Positions 48,201 through 58,092 of a stretch of 64,000 nt of DNA are shown here, one piece after another. The position numbers were made by a program, and so were the translations under genes. The stretch comes from an uncultured Acidobacteriaceae bacterium (GTDB taxonomy: Bacteria > Acidobacteriota > Terriglobia > Terriglobales > Acidobacteriaceae), in assembly GCA_963707325.1 (NCBI GenBank), contig CAVPPV010000001.1, forward strand, positions 188,416-252,415, read 5' to 3'. Numbering within the stretch: the stretch's first letter is position 1; every line of letters begins with the position of its first letter. The notes under the pieces are model-generated. The model did not search any database. It saw nothing but the letters and a program-made list of their open reading frames with translations, and was not told the DNA's origin.

Positions 48201-49115
48201 CAGTTCGACATCCAGATACGATTCGCCGGCGGCGTCGTTTTCTCCCGGATCACTTCCGTCAATAACGACGTTGAGCGGGTTCGCCGGCAATCCAAAAAAC
48301 GAGCGATAGTTAGCCACAGCCGTCGGATCAACGTTGGATGCGCCGATTAGCCCGATGGTAATGCCGCTGCCTGTAATACCCGCTGCATAAAGCGGGCCGA
48401 GGTCGTATTGCAGAGCGAAGTCGCCAGGCCCCAAGTCCAACGAGTCCTGCCCTGCAGGAAAAGTCCAGTCCGCAACAAATTTCTTACTCCTGCTGTCGTA
48501 GACCGCATTGCCGAAATTTCTTATGTAAGACTTCGGACGAAAGTCGTTGATCGGAGTGATGCCAGCAATCACCGGCGCCAGCGCTGCCGGGATCTGCGGA
48601 TCGACATCATTGGCGTAATGCTCCTGTCCGTTCACGAGGTAAGCGTGAATGTGCGTGTGGAACGTGGAGCGCACTCCACCGGCGGTGCCCGAAAACTCGA
48701 TTGCGGTCCTGGCTCGATTGATTCGGCTGACCGCGAATCCGTGCTCTTGCAGCCAGCCACTGACCGTAGCGATCTCGGAATCGGTAAGTCCGTACAGTTC
48801 GCCAAATTGATCGGGCTTGATCCATTTGTGAAAAGTAGGAGAACCCGGCCTGTGTGCGTCTTGCAGAAATTGCTGCAGAGCCGCTTCGCGCTCCGGCGAA
48901 CGCTGTAACAGCAGCACCATTCGCGAGGCGGGGAATGAATCGGGGACTGTGCCCAGATCGTAGCGGGCCTGCGCCAGCGGATGAACGTTGCCGTGAAGAG
49001 TAACGACTTTCGCTTCGTCGATAGGTTCGGTAATGAGCGGCTTTTCCGGTTTCTGGGAAATGGCCGAAGTCGATAGCGCGCTCACTAGGGCTAACAGCCA
49101 CATTGTCCACTTCAT
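45213..49115 (-). CDS. Sedolisin (S53) family peptidase with pro-kumamolisin-like prodomain, multiple Ig-like repeats and C-terminal membrane segments
   Basis: Signal peptide. Activation-domain-like N-terminus. GGTSASSPAMAG catalytic Ser motif. Roughly 600 aa of Ig-like repeats (YGGDS/YSGDS). Confidence 0.85.
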   Translation of the reverse strand: MKWTMWLLALVSALSTSAISQKPEKPLITEPIDEAKVVTLHGNVHPLAQARYDLGTVPDSFPASRMVLLLQRSPEREAALQQFLQDAHRPGSPTFHKWIKPDQFGELYGLTDSEIATVSGWLQEHGFAVSRINRARTAIEFSGTAGGVRSTFHTHIHAYLVNGQEHYANDVDPQIPAALAPVIAGITPINDFRPKSYIRNFGNAVYDSRSKKFVADWTFPAGQDSLDLGPGDFALQYDLGPLYAAGITGSGITIGLIGASNVDPTAVANYRSFFGLPANPLNVVIDGSDPGENDAAGESYLDVELSGAVAPGATINLYTAADTSVQSGLYLAAQRAVDDDQASILSTSYGLCEQDLGSAGNQFWYSLWEQAAAQGQTSFVSAGDGGSAGCDNFNEAQPAQYGIAMNGFSSTPWNVSVGGTDFYYSSYNETSSAQQTQLATYWDTVQTIFPTTSLLQPVPEQAWNEPFGLNLADGGVYNSGIPTIVAGSGGPSSCATGTDASDGTYSSCSAGYPKPSWQTGKGVPNDGVRDLPDVSLFAAAGENDTFYPFCPGEGYCVVSDGDLTIGIVGGTSASSPAMAGILALIEQKYGPQGQANYILYPLAAQHPSAFHDITTGSNIVPCQQGTPNCTLSTASDNTKGYYTFGYYAGTGYDLATGLGSVDANQLFNNWNALSFKSTSTNLSLSQTSFTHGTPITVNVGVTGSGGTPSGGVALVTTATPQNNEGLKLLTLQSGAASGSVNSLPGGQYKVSARYGGDSVFASSTSNPVSVNIAPENSTISLSGNTYSYGATSYTPLTNGSSYPYGTYIAIDARPGGVNAAPGTTDGIATGTVNFTDTAAAGNSTSGPLALNGAGTAEWAPATGFSVGAHTVAATYSGDASFNTSSSSTPLSFTITKISPAINLAVGPNLGLNATVESGSPVTLTLIVGITGLAEPPTGTATFYLGNKTLGTATLGPPPYYNPSVAAASITVSNLPVGTSSVTASYGGDSNYNAGNSSNSVQVTVTQQSAGILTASANASSLLPTQDLIVTANVAGVSGQPTPTGYAGLYAYGPGGSYSASCTLVNGSCSFDFGGGYWSPGTVIVNVSYSGDSTYAPSGTVVSVTMLNMFTITSASSVSFAAGATTGNTSALTVTPSNGFTGPVYFACTIAYYPPGAQHLPTCSVPASVNVTSATAVTSAMTISSTGPTTVSRAETIKSPRWLAAQSLTFVAGILVVAWPLRRRVRLHGTALCLLIVLAGSMALVSCGGGGASGGGGRTIPGTTPGIYKFMVDGAYTPNAGTTQPFFYSTPQVFVVNVNIQ

Positions 49116-49262
49116 GGAAGACTCCTACTTCTTAAACAAATCGAGTTTCGCAGTCGAGGTAGCCTTCAGGTCGTCCGACGGGACCCGATGTGGTCAATTA
49201 TGCCCGCGGAGAGAGCTCAGCGCATGGGTCCGAGGTCACGAGGGTACGTGATGACTATCACA

Positions 49263-49668
49263 TCATGGCAAAAGAACCTGAATACTCTCCCCAACCAAGA
49301 GTTTGGTTCCGTCCTTGAGCCTGAAGAGGATCCGGCCGTTCTCTATCTCTTCTTTCGGGACCGCTGGCCACAATTCCGACGGAAAGCCGGCCTCCCATGC
49401 CTTGCGGTACTGAGGACTCAAGCGTTCCCGGCGAGCCGGCTCTTTTTCCGCCAGCCAACTTGGCACATAGAGGTGCATGCGGGGCTTGCTTGAAGCGATT
49501 GCCATGCAGAGGGCACTTCACTCTGTCGGCGATTGGCATCTCAAAGGACGAACAGAAAAAAGGCTGCTCCTTCTCCGGGAAGCAGATGCAGTCTGGAAAG
49601 AAGATCGACTGCGCCTTCAGGGCTTCCTCTGCGCGTTCGAACCGTTTTAAGAGGGTTCGGATCCCCAT
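49263..49668 (-). pseudogene. Hypothetical Cys-rich small protein with apparent frameshift
   Basis: ORF 49258-49668 (MGIRTLLKRFE..CPLHGNRFKQA) continues in ORF 49263-49505 (..RMHLYVPSWLAEKE..). The frame switches at the G run 49481-49484. Confidence 0.4.
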
Positions 49669-49681
49669 AGTTCACGAGGGA

Positions 49682-49987
49682 CTACCGTCCCAATTTCACG
49701 AGCCGGTCCCGATTAGATGTCATCGAAATCCATCTCTTTCCTCCTTGTTCGCTGTCCGGCGGGCTCGATTGCAAGAAAGCACGCTCTTCTCCTCGTTGCG
49801 CCACCTCAAGCGCAGCCATTCGGCTTTCCAGGTCGGGCACCTCGATAGCGCGCAGCAAACTCATGGCAAGGTAGGCCAGAGTGGTTGCCGTTCTGGCATC
49901 CATCTGGCGGGCGTGAACCTGAGCCATCGTGTTCGCGCGGGCATCCCGGACTTCGCCGGCAGTTTTCGGCGGTTCCATCGGCGCCAC
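49682..49987 (-). CDS. Hypothetical protein
   Basis: 101-aa ORF with a GTG start, 13 nt upstream of the next ORF. No recognisable motif. Confidence 0.35.
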   Translation of the reverse strand: MAPMEPPKTAGEVRDARANTMAQVHARQMDARTATTLAYLAMSLLRAIEVPDLESRMAALEVAQRGEERAFLQSSPPDSEQGGKRWISMTSNRDRLVKLGR

Positions 49988-50106
49988 GTCCGAGTGAGAC
50001 GGACGTCTGGCTGGGCGTCCATCAATTTGCTCTCTCCTCGAAAAAAAGAGTCCTAACCATCGAATAAATCATCTCTGGTTATAGTTCACTAACTTGGAAC
50101 AGAGCC

Positions 50107-51381
50107 ATGGCAGCCAGTCCAAACTTCGCGGCACCGCTTCCCTCGAACCCTCGCCTCCTTGATCTCGATCAGGTTGAGGACCTCCTCAAACTGCAAAAAG
50201 CCGCTCAGAAAATCAGCTCGATCCTTGACCTCGACCAGCTCGTTGACAAGGTCGTGAACGAGATCGCCCGTTCCTTCGGATGCCTGGATTCTGACATCTA
50301 CCTGCATAACGAACAGCGCGGCGAACTGGCGCTGGTGTGCGCCCACGGTTGCACCGGCTGCGAACTCCACGGCCCCGGCCACAGCCTGAAGATCGGGAAA
50401 GGCATGGTCGGATACGTTGCTTCGACTGGCCAGATGCACTACGCGCCCGATGTGCGCCAGGACCCTTATTACATTGGCTGCGAAGAATCCACGCTTTCGG
50501 AAGTTGCGATTCCCCTCCATGTGGAAGGGCAATTGGTAGGAGTATTCACCGCCTGCCACACCGAACTCGATGGCTTCAGCCCCTGCCAGCTGCGGCTGCT
50601 CCAAGCCCTGTGCAGCGATGTGGCAGTGGCCGTGCACAACGCTCGGCGATTTCAGCAGGAACAGCGGCAACGGGAACAAATGACTCGTGAGGCGCGGGAG
50701 GCACGCGTCATTCAGCAAGCACTCCTCCCCAAAGCCGCTCCCTCCATTCCCGGTTTTACCGTATCCGGGCTTTCCATTCCTGTGGGCGCCGTGGGCGGCG
50801 ACTGGTACGACTTCATTCCCATGGACAAAGGCCGTTGGGGACTGGTGCTGGCCGACGTTTCCGGCAAGGGAACCGCCGCAGCGTTGCTCATGTCCGCCAC
50901 TCGTGGCATCCTGCGATCCCTGGCCGAGGCCGCCTGCACTCCGGGTGAAGTGCTGGCCAAGCTGAATCGCCTTCTGGTCGAGGACTTTCCCGCCGGCCGT
51001 TTTGTCACCATGGTATATGCCGTGCTTGATCCTGCGAAGCGGACTCTGACCTTCGCCAACGCGGGTCACCTGCGGCCGCTCCTGATCACCGGCAATTCAG
51101 CTCAGTTCCTCGACGTGGAGCGCGGAATTCCTCTGGGACTGGGACCGGGCGATTTCTCGGAGGTCGAAGTGAAGCTTCCCGTAGGTTCTCGCCTGGTGTT
51201 TTACAGCGACGGAATTACCGAGGCGGGAAACCCGGCGGACGAAGAGTACGGGTTGATGCGTCTTCAGCAACACTTTCTGCGAACCGACGCTTCCGCCGAG
51301 AGCCTGCTCGATGACGTCCGCTCGTTCGCCGACGGTGCGGGTCTGCACGATGACGCCAGCGTCATCCTGGTGAAGGGTTAA
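50107..51381 (+). CDS. GAF domain-containing PP2C (SpoIIE/RsbU-like) phosphatase
   Basis: GAF region (GKGMVGYVASTG..AIPL). PPM motifs GGDWYDF, LADVSGKG, FYSDGITE, DDASVILV. Confidence 0.88.
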   Translation: MAASPNFAAPLPSNPRLLDLDQVEDLLKLQKAAQKISSILDLDQLVDKVVNEIARSFGCLDSDIYLHNEQRGELALVCAHGCTGCELHGPGHSLKIGKGMVGYVASTGQMHYAPDVRQDPYYIGCEESTLSEVAIPLHVEGQLVGVFTACHTELDGFSPCQLRLLQALCSDVAVAVHNARRFQQEQRQREQMTREAREARVIQQALLPKAAPSIPGFTVSGLSIPVGAVGGDWYDFIPMDKGRWGLVLADVSGKGTAAALLMSATRGILRSLAEAACTPGEVLAKLNRLLVEDFPAGRFVTMVYAVLDPAKRTLTFANAGHLRPLLITGNSAQFLDVERGIPLGLGPGDFSEVEVKLPVGSRLVFYSDGITEAGNPADEEYGLMRLQQHFLRTDASAESLLDDVRSFADGAGLHDDASVILVKG

Positions 51382-51599
51382 GGGTCACAACGTTTCGACG
51401 GCGGTAGCCCATGTTTGTCCCTGCTGGCTCAATCTGAAATCTTCGATCATCGCACCCCTCCGGCGTCATCCCGAAGTCCCGCGTTTTTACCGGCGGGACG
51501 AGGGATCTCCCGCCAGCACACGTCGTTCGGATCAAACTGCAACACTACCGTTTGTCAGGGCAGTTGGACGACGGCCCCCACTCGAAGTATCCTTGCCAA

Positions 51600-52250
51600 G
51601 TGTCATCTCTGGACGAATCCTATCTCGACGCTGAGCGGGAGCGTCGCCGCCTGGCAGACAACTACGCCGCCATGACCGACGGCGAGTTGCAGCGCCTGGC
51701 GCGCAATGCCGAGTCGCTGACCGAGCCTGCCTGGGATGCCCTCGAAGATGAACTGGATCGCCGGCACCTTGAATTTTCCGACGACACTCCGTCGGAGCCG
51801 CGGCAGGAACTAGAAGTGCGCGAACTCGTGACCATCCGCCAGTTTCGCGATCTGCCGGAAGCCTTGCTGGCCAAGGGCAGTCTGGAGTCGGCGGGCATCG
51901 AATGTTTTCTGGCCGACGAAAACCTGGTTCGCCTCGACTGGTTCATTTCCAACTTCATCGGCGGCATCAAGCTCAACGTGCGGCCTACCGATGTTGCCAA
52001 CGCGCAGAAACTTCTCGACGAACCGATTCTCGAAGGCCTCTACGTGCAGGGCGTTGGCCTCTACGAGCAGCCCCGCTGCCCCAAGTGCCAGTCGCTGGAT
52101 GTGAACTTCCAGGAACTGGACCGTCCCATCGCCTACATGAGCGCCTTCCTCCGCCTGCCCATGCCCGTGCAGCGCACGGGATGGCACTGCCATGCGTGTG
52201 ATGCAGAGTGGGAAGACGACGGGAGCGATGGCCCCCGCTCCGTCGCTTGA
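51600..52250 (+). CDS. DUF2007-like (putative signal-transducing) domain protein with C-terminal zinc ribbon
   Basis: LVTIRQFRDLPEALLAKGSLESAGIECFLADEN. CPKC..x..CHAC. Start uncertain (TTG 51552 or GTG 51600). Confidence 0.6.
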   Translation: MSSLDESYLDAERERRRLADNYAAMTDGELQRLARNAESLTEPAWDALEDELDRRHLEFSDDTPSEPRQELEVRELVTIRQFRDLPEALLAKGSLESAGIECFLADENLVRLDWFISNFIGGIKLNVRPTDVANAQKLLDEPILEGLYVQGVGLYEQPRCPKCQSLDVNFQELDRPIAYMSAFLRLPMPVQRTGWHCHACDAEWEDDGSDGPRSVA

Positions 52251-52283
52251 GTCCAAAACATCAATCCCGCATCTACGAAAAGC

Positions 52284-52974
52284 ATGGAAACCATGACGGA
52301 ATTCCGCCTCTCTGAAGCCAATCGCAATTCTCACCCGCACTCCCGCCACCCTCGACGCGCTCTTACGCGGGATGCCCGACCTGTGGGCGCGCGGCAACGA
52401 AGGACGCAATAACGAAGGAAAAGATACATGGAGCCCGTTCGACATCGTAGGCCACCTGATCGTCGGCGAGCGCACCGACTGGATGCCGCGCGCGCGCATC
52501 ATCCTGCAGCACGGCGAAGCGCGGCCATTTGATCCCTTTGATCGCTTTGCGCAGGCGAAAGAGAGCCAAGGCAAGTCGCTGGAGCAACTCCTCGACGAAT
52601 TCGCCCGCCTGCGGAGGGAAAATCTGGCTGCGCTGCAGGCATTGAATTTACAGCCGGAAGACTTGGCCCGGCGCGGAACGCATCCGGAACTGGGAGTGGT
52701 GACGTTGTCGGAACTGCTGGCGACGTGGGCCGTTCATGACCTCACGCATCTGCATCAACTATCCCGCGTGATGGCCCACCAGTATCGCGACGCAGTCGGT
52801 CCGTGGAGCGCCTATCTGGGCGTGCTGCACTGCAAACGGTCACAGCGCGTAGGCAATCGAGCCTGGCGCCAGGTTCGGGCCGCACGCCTTTGCGGAGAAC
52901 CTATTCTGCCGGGCCGAATTTCACTTCTGCTACCTGGCGCGATTCATGCGGCGCAGGTTCCCATCTCCACTTGA
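52284..52974 (+). pseudogene. DinB-family protein with apparent frameshift near 52320
   Basis: MTEFRLSEA is in one frame, then IAILTRTPATLDALLRGMPDLW..HDLTHLHQ is in the ORF 52372-52974 frame. The unusually long C-terminus overlaps the convergent gene. Confidence 0.7.
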
Positions 52975-53245
52975 GCACGGCGTTCACCGCCGCCTGCGCC
53001 AGCACCGGATGGCCGCCCTTGACCTCCACCGTCTTCACGCTGCCGTCGGGAGCAACGACCGCCTCCACCCGCACAGTTCCCGACAGCCCCATGCTTCGCG
53101 CCAACGCCGGATAGGCGGGCGCACTTCGTTCCACCACCCGCCGTCGACTGGAGGAGTCTTGCTGGGCCCATCCGGACAATGAAGAGAAGAGCAAACACAA
53201 GACGGCTAGAACTGCCAACCACAAAGAACGTCGAATGAGTGCCAT
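52901..53245 (-). CDS. TonB C-terminal domain protein
   Basis: N-terminal TM segment. YPALARSMGLSGTVRVEAVVAPDGSV..VLKWRWEP. Confidence 0.8.
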   Translation of the reverse strand: MALIRRSLWLAVLAVLCLLFSSLSGWAQQDSSSRRRVVERSAPAYPALARSMGLSGTVRVEAVVAPDGSVKTVEVKGGHPVLAQAAVNAVLKWRWEPAPHESRQVAEVKFGPAE

Positions 53246-53356
53246 ATATCCGTAATTATCCCGTGAGTCGGCTTGAGCCAACCCGTGAGTGTAAGGCGGC
53301 TCTAACCCCACCAGAAGATTACGAAAGTCACGCTGCGGGATTAGTGGAACTGCGCA

Positions 53357-53809
53357 CTATTGCACGCTGAAAGCCTGATCAGAGGCAAGTTTGGCGAATC
53401 CTTTGCGGATCACCTCGAGCGTATCTTTCGCCAGGTTCAGCCCCGGCAACTCTTCCCGGCTGAACCACCGCACTTCGGCGGCGTCGCTGGCGGCGGCCAG
53501 ATCTCCCGCAACCCGGCGGCAGAGAAAATCAATCAAAACATAGTGATATTGCACGCGCTTGTCGCCGTCGCGCAGAACGCGGTCATAGACGCCGAGCAGT
53601 TCGCCGGCCTCGACGGTGAGTCCGGTTTCCTCGCGGGCCTCGCGGATTGCCGCTTCGCGCACCAGTTCGCCGACTTCGAGCACGCCTCCGGGAATGGACC
53701 ACTCGCCGTGCAGAGGCGGGTGGCCGCGCTTCACCAGAACCACGCGAGCGTCTTCGATAATGATCGCGCCAACTCCGACCAGCGGCACCTCAGGAAATTC
53801 GCGTTGCAT
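53357..53809 (-). CDS. NUDIX hydrolase
   Basis: Nudix box GGVLEVGELVREAAIREAREETGL. Confidence 0.9.
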   Translation of the reverse strand: MQREFPEVPLVGVGAIIIEDARVVLVKRGHPPLHGEWSIPGGVLEVGELVREAAIREAREETGLTVEAGELLGVYDRVLRDGDKRVQYHYVLIDFLCRRVAGDLAAASDAAEVRWFSREELPGLNLAKDTLEVIRKGFAKLASDQAFSVQ

Positions 53810-53959
53810 AGGTGCAAGGATTCTAAAGCATGCTGGCGGTCCTTGGTCGCTGGTCGTTAGTCGTTAGCCAGACCATCCGTGGCGGCGTGGTTTTGCTAAC
53901 GACTAACGACCAACGACTTTCTCCGTGACTCAGTGTCTCCGTGGTTAAATGGTGTTGCC

Positions 53960-55843
53960 ATGGCCCTGGAAGAATACAAACGGAAACGCCGGTTCGAATC
54001 AACGCCCGAGCCTCCCCCGAAAGTCGAAACCAAAGCCGGCCACCGTTTCGTGGTCCAGAAGCACGACGCCACCCGCCTGCACTATGACTTTCGCCTGGAG
54101 ATGGAAGGCGTGCTGAAATCCTGGGCGGTGCCCAAGGGCCCCTCGCTCGATCCCGCGGACAAACGCCTCGCCATGCAGGTCGAGGATCATCCGGTTTCCT
54201 ATTTCGATTTCGAGGGCATCATCCCGGAAGACAACTACGGCGCCGGCACGGTGATGGTGTGGGATGTAGGCACGTGGCAGCCGCTCTCTCCGGTTGCGGT
54301 TCAGGGAAAGTATGTGCCCGGCACCGAGGCCGAAGCCGCCGCCATGCTGGCCAAAGGCGATTTGAAATTCCGTCTGAAGGGCAAGAAATTAAACGGCGAC
54401 TTCGCGCTGGTCAAGATGAAGGGCCGCCGTCCGGGAAGCAAGGGCAACGAATGGCTGATGATCAAGAAGTATGACAGCCACGTGGTCGAGGGCTATGACA
54501 TCGATGACTATGACGAGTCTGTGCTCAGCAAACGCAGCTTGGCGGAGATCGCCGGAGACGCCGGCTCGGCAGAGTGGAGAAGCCGTCCCGCAGGCGGCGG
54601 CAAGCTGAAGGCGGCGTGGCTCGCCGATGCGATAGCAAGACTGGATCAAAAAAAAAAGCAAAAGCCAAATACAAGAGACACAGAGGAACATAGGGGAAAG
54701 TCAAAAAAAAAGACCAAAGCTGAGCCTGCAAAGGCTCCGGTGACCATAAACGCGGCTGCCCCATCCGAGGCTAAGACCTACCCTGTGTCCCCCGTGCCCC
54801 CTGTGGTAAAGGTTTTTTCTTCGCCGGAGTCACCGACCGGCCCCGTGAAGCGCCCCATGCCCACCACAATTCACCCCATGCTGGCCACATCCGTGAACGA
54901 ACCCTTTGACAGCCCGGACTGGCTCTTCGAAATCAAGTGGGATGGCTATCGCGCCATCGCATTCCTCGAAAACGGCACGGTACGACTGGTCTCGCGCAAC
55001 CAGACCGATCTGACGCCGCGATTTCCTGAGCTGAAAGACCTACCGAAATCTATCCAAGCGAAGAGCGCCATCCTCGACGGCGAAGTAGTAGCGCTCGACG
55101 AACAAGGTCGCGCCTCTTTCACCCTCATGCAACAGCGCACCGGATTCCGTCCCGGCGGCCGCCGCGCCGCCACCAATGCCGACGTGCCCGTGCTGTACTA
55201 CGTTTTCGATCTGCTCTATCTCGATGGCTACGATTGGCGGCGCGTCTCGCTCGAGCAACGCAAGAAAAAGCTCGCTTCCCTGCTGAACCCGGGCGACTCG
55301 GTTCGCTATTCCGATCACTACGAAAAGCAAGGCAAGGCGCTGTTCGAGATGGCGCGCGCCAAGGGCCTGGAAGGCATTCTCGCCAAGAAGCGCGACAGCA
55401 TCTATCAGGAGTGCCGCTCCAGCGAGTGGCTGAAAATCAAGATCACGCACCGCCTCGAATGTGTGATCGGAGGCTACACCGAGCCCGAAGGCAGTCGCGC
55501 TCACTTCGGCTCGATCGTACTGGGCCTCTATGACAAGCAAGGCCGCCTGATTCATGTAGGACAAGCAGGCAGCGGCTTCGACCAGAAGTCGCTGGAAGAA
55601 ATCTGGAAGCTGCTGAAGAAACGCGAGACGAAAAAGAACCCGTTCTACGGCGGAGTCGAGGCGCTCAGAAAAGTGTACTGGGTGAAGCCGGAGCTAGTGG
55701 CCGAGATCGAATACGCCGAGTGGACAGGCGGAGCCAGCGCCGGCAGCGGCCCCAAGCTGCGAGCCCCGGTATTCCTGGGCCTGCGCGATGACAAAGATCC
55801 AAGGGACTGCCTGCTGGAACGGGAACTGGTCACTGAACACTAA
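53960..55843 (+). CDS. ligD: DNA ligase D: 3'-phosphoesterase plus ATP-dependent ligase domains, no polymerase domain
   Basis: HRFVVQKHDATRLHYDFRLE..WAVPKGPS is the PE domain. EIKWDGYR is the ligase motif I lysine. Confidence 0.9.
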   Translation: MALEEYKRKRRFESTPEPPPKVETKAGHRFVVQKHDATRLHYDFRLEMEGVLKSWAVPKGPSLDPADKRLAMQVEDHPVSYFDFEGIIPEDNYGAGTVMVWDVGTWQPLSPVAVQGKYVPGTEAEAAAMLAKGDLKFRLKGKKLNGDFALVKMKGRRPGSKGNEWLMIKKYDSHVVEGYDIDDYDESVLSKRSLAEIAGDAGSAEWRSRPAGGGKLKAAWLADAIARLDQKKKQKPNTRDTEEHRGKSKKKTKAEPAKAPVTINAAAPSEAKTYPVSPVPPVVKVFSSPESPTGPVKRPMPTTIHPMLATSVNEPFDSPDWLFEIKWDGYRAIAFLENGTVRLVSRNQTDLTPRFPELKDLPKSIQAKSAILDGEVVALDEQGRASFTLMQQRTGFRPGGRRAATNADVPVLYYVFDLLYLDGYDWRRVSLEQRKKKLASLLNPGDSVRYSDHYEKQGKALFEMARAKGLEGILAKKRDSIYQECRSSEWLKIKITHRLECVIGGYTEPEGSRAHFGSIVLGLYDKQGRLIHVGQAGSGFDQKSLEEIWKLLKKRETKKNPFYGGVEALRKVYWVKPELVAEIEYAEWTGGASAGSGPKLRAPVFLGLRDDKDPRDCLLERELVTEH

Positions 55844-55879
55844 TCACGGTCACTGAACACTGATCACTGGCCACTGCTT

Positions 55880-56881
55880 CTACTTAATCTCCTTCACCGC
55901 CATCAGCGTCCCATAATCCCGGCCGCTGGGATCCACAGCGCGCGCAACCACAGCGGCAAAGCCATCCCGCAACTCCGGATACTTCGCCACCAGCGCCTTC
56001 ATCACCGCAACATTATTCTGATAAGCCTGCGCGGTGTTGGAAACATCCGCCGCCTGATATTTCACGATCAGATCCAGATCATTGCCCACCACCAGAAGAA
56101 AAACTGCAGTCAGCTTGTAGGTAGCAGTTCCGGCCATAAGATCTGCGGTCTTTCCTTCCCCCGGAAAATCCGCCGGCCGCGCCTTCTGCGATTCGTCGTA
56201 AAGTTTGTCAGAGACCGCGGTGGCCATGAACGGCACCGGCGACTCCAGCGAGATTGCCTCCAGATAGTACAACCAGGCATCGTGCGACTGGCCTTTGGCT
56301 CGGAAGTCGCGAGCCCGCGTGGCAAACCACGCTCCATCGTGGCCGGCAGGTTGTGCGGCCTGAATATAAAGGCCGCCCAGCTTCCAGTCGGAACCTTGCT
56401 GCTGCAGGAACTCGGAAACCGTATACGCACCCTTGGCGGACGCTGCATCGAGGATCACGACGCCATATTTTCCCGGAGAAAGATTGTTCAAGGTGAAGAC
56501 AGCACTGTCGTGGGTTTGGCCGTTCGCTCCGAAAACACCACAGAAAAATTCCGCACGCGCGATGGGCGCGCTACCCTCCGCCACCAGCAGAAAAGGCGCC
56601 CGAGCCGTAGCCTTCGACCCATCAAGAGCCGGCTGATTGTCCTTGGCGATCGCTTCAATCCCTGAGAAATCACTGGCCACGCTGGCAACCGCGCTCTGCC
56701 GGAGCGCCGCCGTATCGCCCTTGGCGACCAAGCCGAAGTAGCGAAGGGCCGCGGTGCTGAGCGCCGTGCGCGTGGCATCGTCCATATCGCTGGAGGTTGC
56801 ACAACTTTCCGCCGTAGCAATCGATGACGTGAACATCAGCAGAGCAATGGCGGCATAGCTGAACAACTTGAAGATCGTCAC
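55880..56881 (-). CDS. Secreted hypothetical protein
   Basis: GTG start at 56881 gives signal peptide VTIFKLFSYAAIALLMFTSSIATA. The longer ORF runs through a REP. Confidence 0.55.
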   Translation of the reverse strand: MTIFKLFSYAAIALLMFTSSIATAESCATSSDMDDATRTALSTAALRYFGLVAKGDTAALRQSAVASVASDFSGIEAIAKDNQPALDGSKATARAPFLLVAEGSAPIARAEFFCGVFGANGQTHDSAVFTLNNLSPGKYGVVILDAASAKGAYTVSEFLQQQGSDWKLGGLYIQAAQPAGHDGAWFATRARDFRAKGQSHDAWLYYLEAISLESPVPFMATAVSDKLYDESQKARPADFPGEGKTADLMAGTATYKLTAVFLLVVGNDLDLIVKYQAADVSNTAQAYQNNVAVMKALVAKYPELRDGFAAVVARAVDPSGRDYGTLMAVKEIK

Positions 56882-57276
56882 CGATTGCGCCCCTCCGCCG
56901 TCATCCCGATGTCCCGCGCTTTCACCAGCGGGACGGGAGCCTGCCCTGAGCTCGCCGAATGGGATCTCCCCTAAGCATTCAGCCGCCTCAAGTCGAACTG
57001 AGCCACTACCGTCTGCGTCAAACACTTTTTTCCGTCCCCCAGAGGAAAATTGTACGCTCCAAGCCATTTCCAGTGAGTGCAAGACGTTGCACATCCCGCC
57101 CTGCACCTGATATAGAACTTCCACCTGCAAGAACGTAAAGTCAATCCGTTCTATTGAGTAGACATCCTCGCAGATCGCTGGTTACGGTCGTTACCACGGG
57201 GAAGCGGTGCTAGAATTGCTCTTAGATACCCACCGTCTCCCCAAATTGACCCAAGATTGAAAGCGGAGGGCTTTTC

Positions 57277-58092
57277 ATGAGCGCGGGAATGAAGCTGACA
57301 GGGTTGCTGGTGGTGGGCGTGCTATGCCTGCCAGTTGCGGGGCGGGCCGACACGCAGACCACGCACCGGACGCATAAGGCAGCAGTAAAGAAGCCAGCGC
57401 CATTGCCCCCTCCACTGCCTTCTGGGACGCAAGGCCCTGTGCCCCAGATTCCGCTCGACGCCATCCCGGCGGTCGCGCCGCAAGTCAGCTATCAGGATGG
57501 AATGCTGACCATTGTCGCGCCCAACTCCACGCTGGGCGACATCCTGCGCGGCGTGCGCAAGCACACCTCTGCCGACATCGAAATTCCGCCCACAGCGAGC
57601 GAGCGCGTGGTCACGCGCCTGGGCCCCGGCCCCGCGCGCGAAGTTGTGGCCGAGCTGCTGAATGGCTCAAAATTCAATTACATCCTGCTCGGCTCGCCGG
57701 AAGACGCCAACCAACTGGTACGGGTAGTGCTGGTAGCCAAGACACCCGACACGCCAAGTGGTACGCCTGCTGTGGCCGGTAACGCTCCAGCCCCTACTCA
57801 GGACGCCAGCGCGGAAGCTCCCGACGCCGATGCAGCGGACGACACCACCGACGACACCACGGACCAGGCCGCGACCGAGCCGGAACAACCGGCGCCTAAC
57901 CCGAATCCTGGGGAACAGCCTGGCATGCGCACTCCTCAGCAAATGTTGCAGGAGATGCAGCAGCGGCAACTCCAGATGCAACAGCAGCAGGGTGGACAGC
58001 CCGGACAACCGGGAGTCTATCCTCAGCCGCCCGGCTTGCCCATCCCGCAGCGGCCGCCGCAACAGCAGCCGCAGCAAGACCAGCAACAATAA
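57277..58092 (+). CDS. Secreted hypothetical protein with Pro/Gln-rich C-terminus
   Basis: Signal peptide. Globular core (MLTIVAPNSTLGDILRGV). Low-complexity Q/P tail. Confidence 0.55.
   Translation: MSAGMKLTGLLVVGVLCLPVAGRADTQTTHRTHKAAVKKPAPLPPPLPSGTQGPVPQIPLDAIPAVAPQVSYQDGMLTIVAPNSTLGDILRGVRKHTSADIEIPPTASERVVTRLGPGPAREVVAELLNGSKFNYILLGSPEDANQLVRVVLVAKTPDTPSGTPAVAGNAPAPTQDASAEAPDADAADDTTDDTTDQAATEPEQPAPNPNPGEQPGMRTPQQMLQEMQQRQLQMQQQQGGQPGQPGVYPQPPGLPIPQRPPQQQPQQDQQQ

Noticed and set aside
53960-57130. Ku gene expected next to ligD
   Set aside because: The neighbouring ORFs are a NUDIX hydrolase and a secreted hypothetical protein. No Ku-like sequence is visible in the window.
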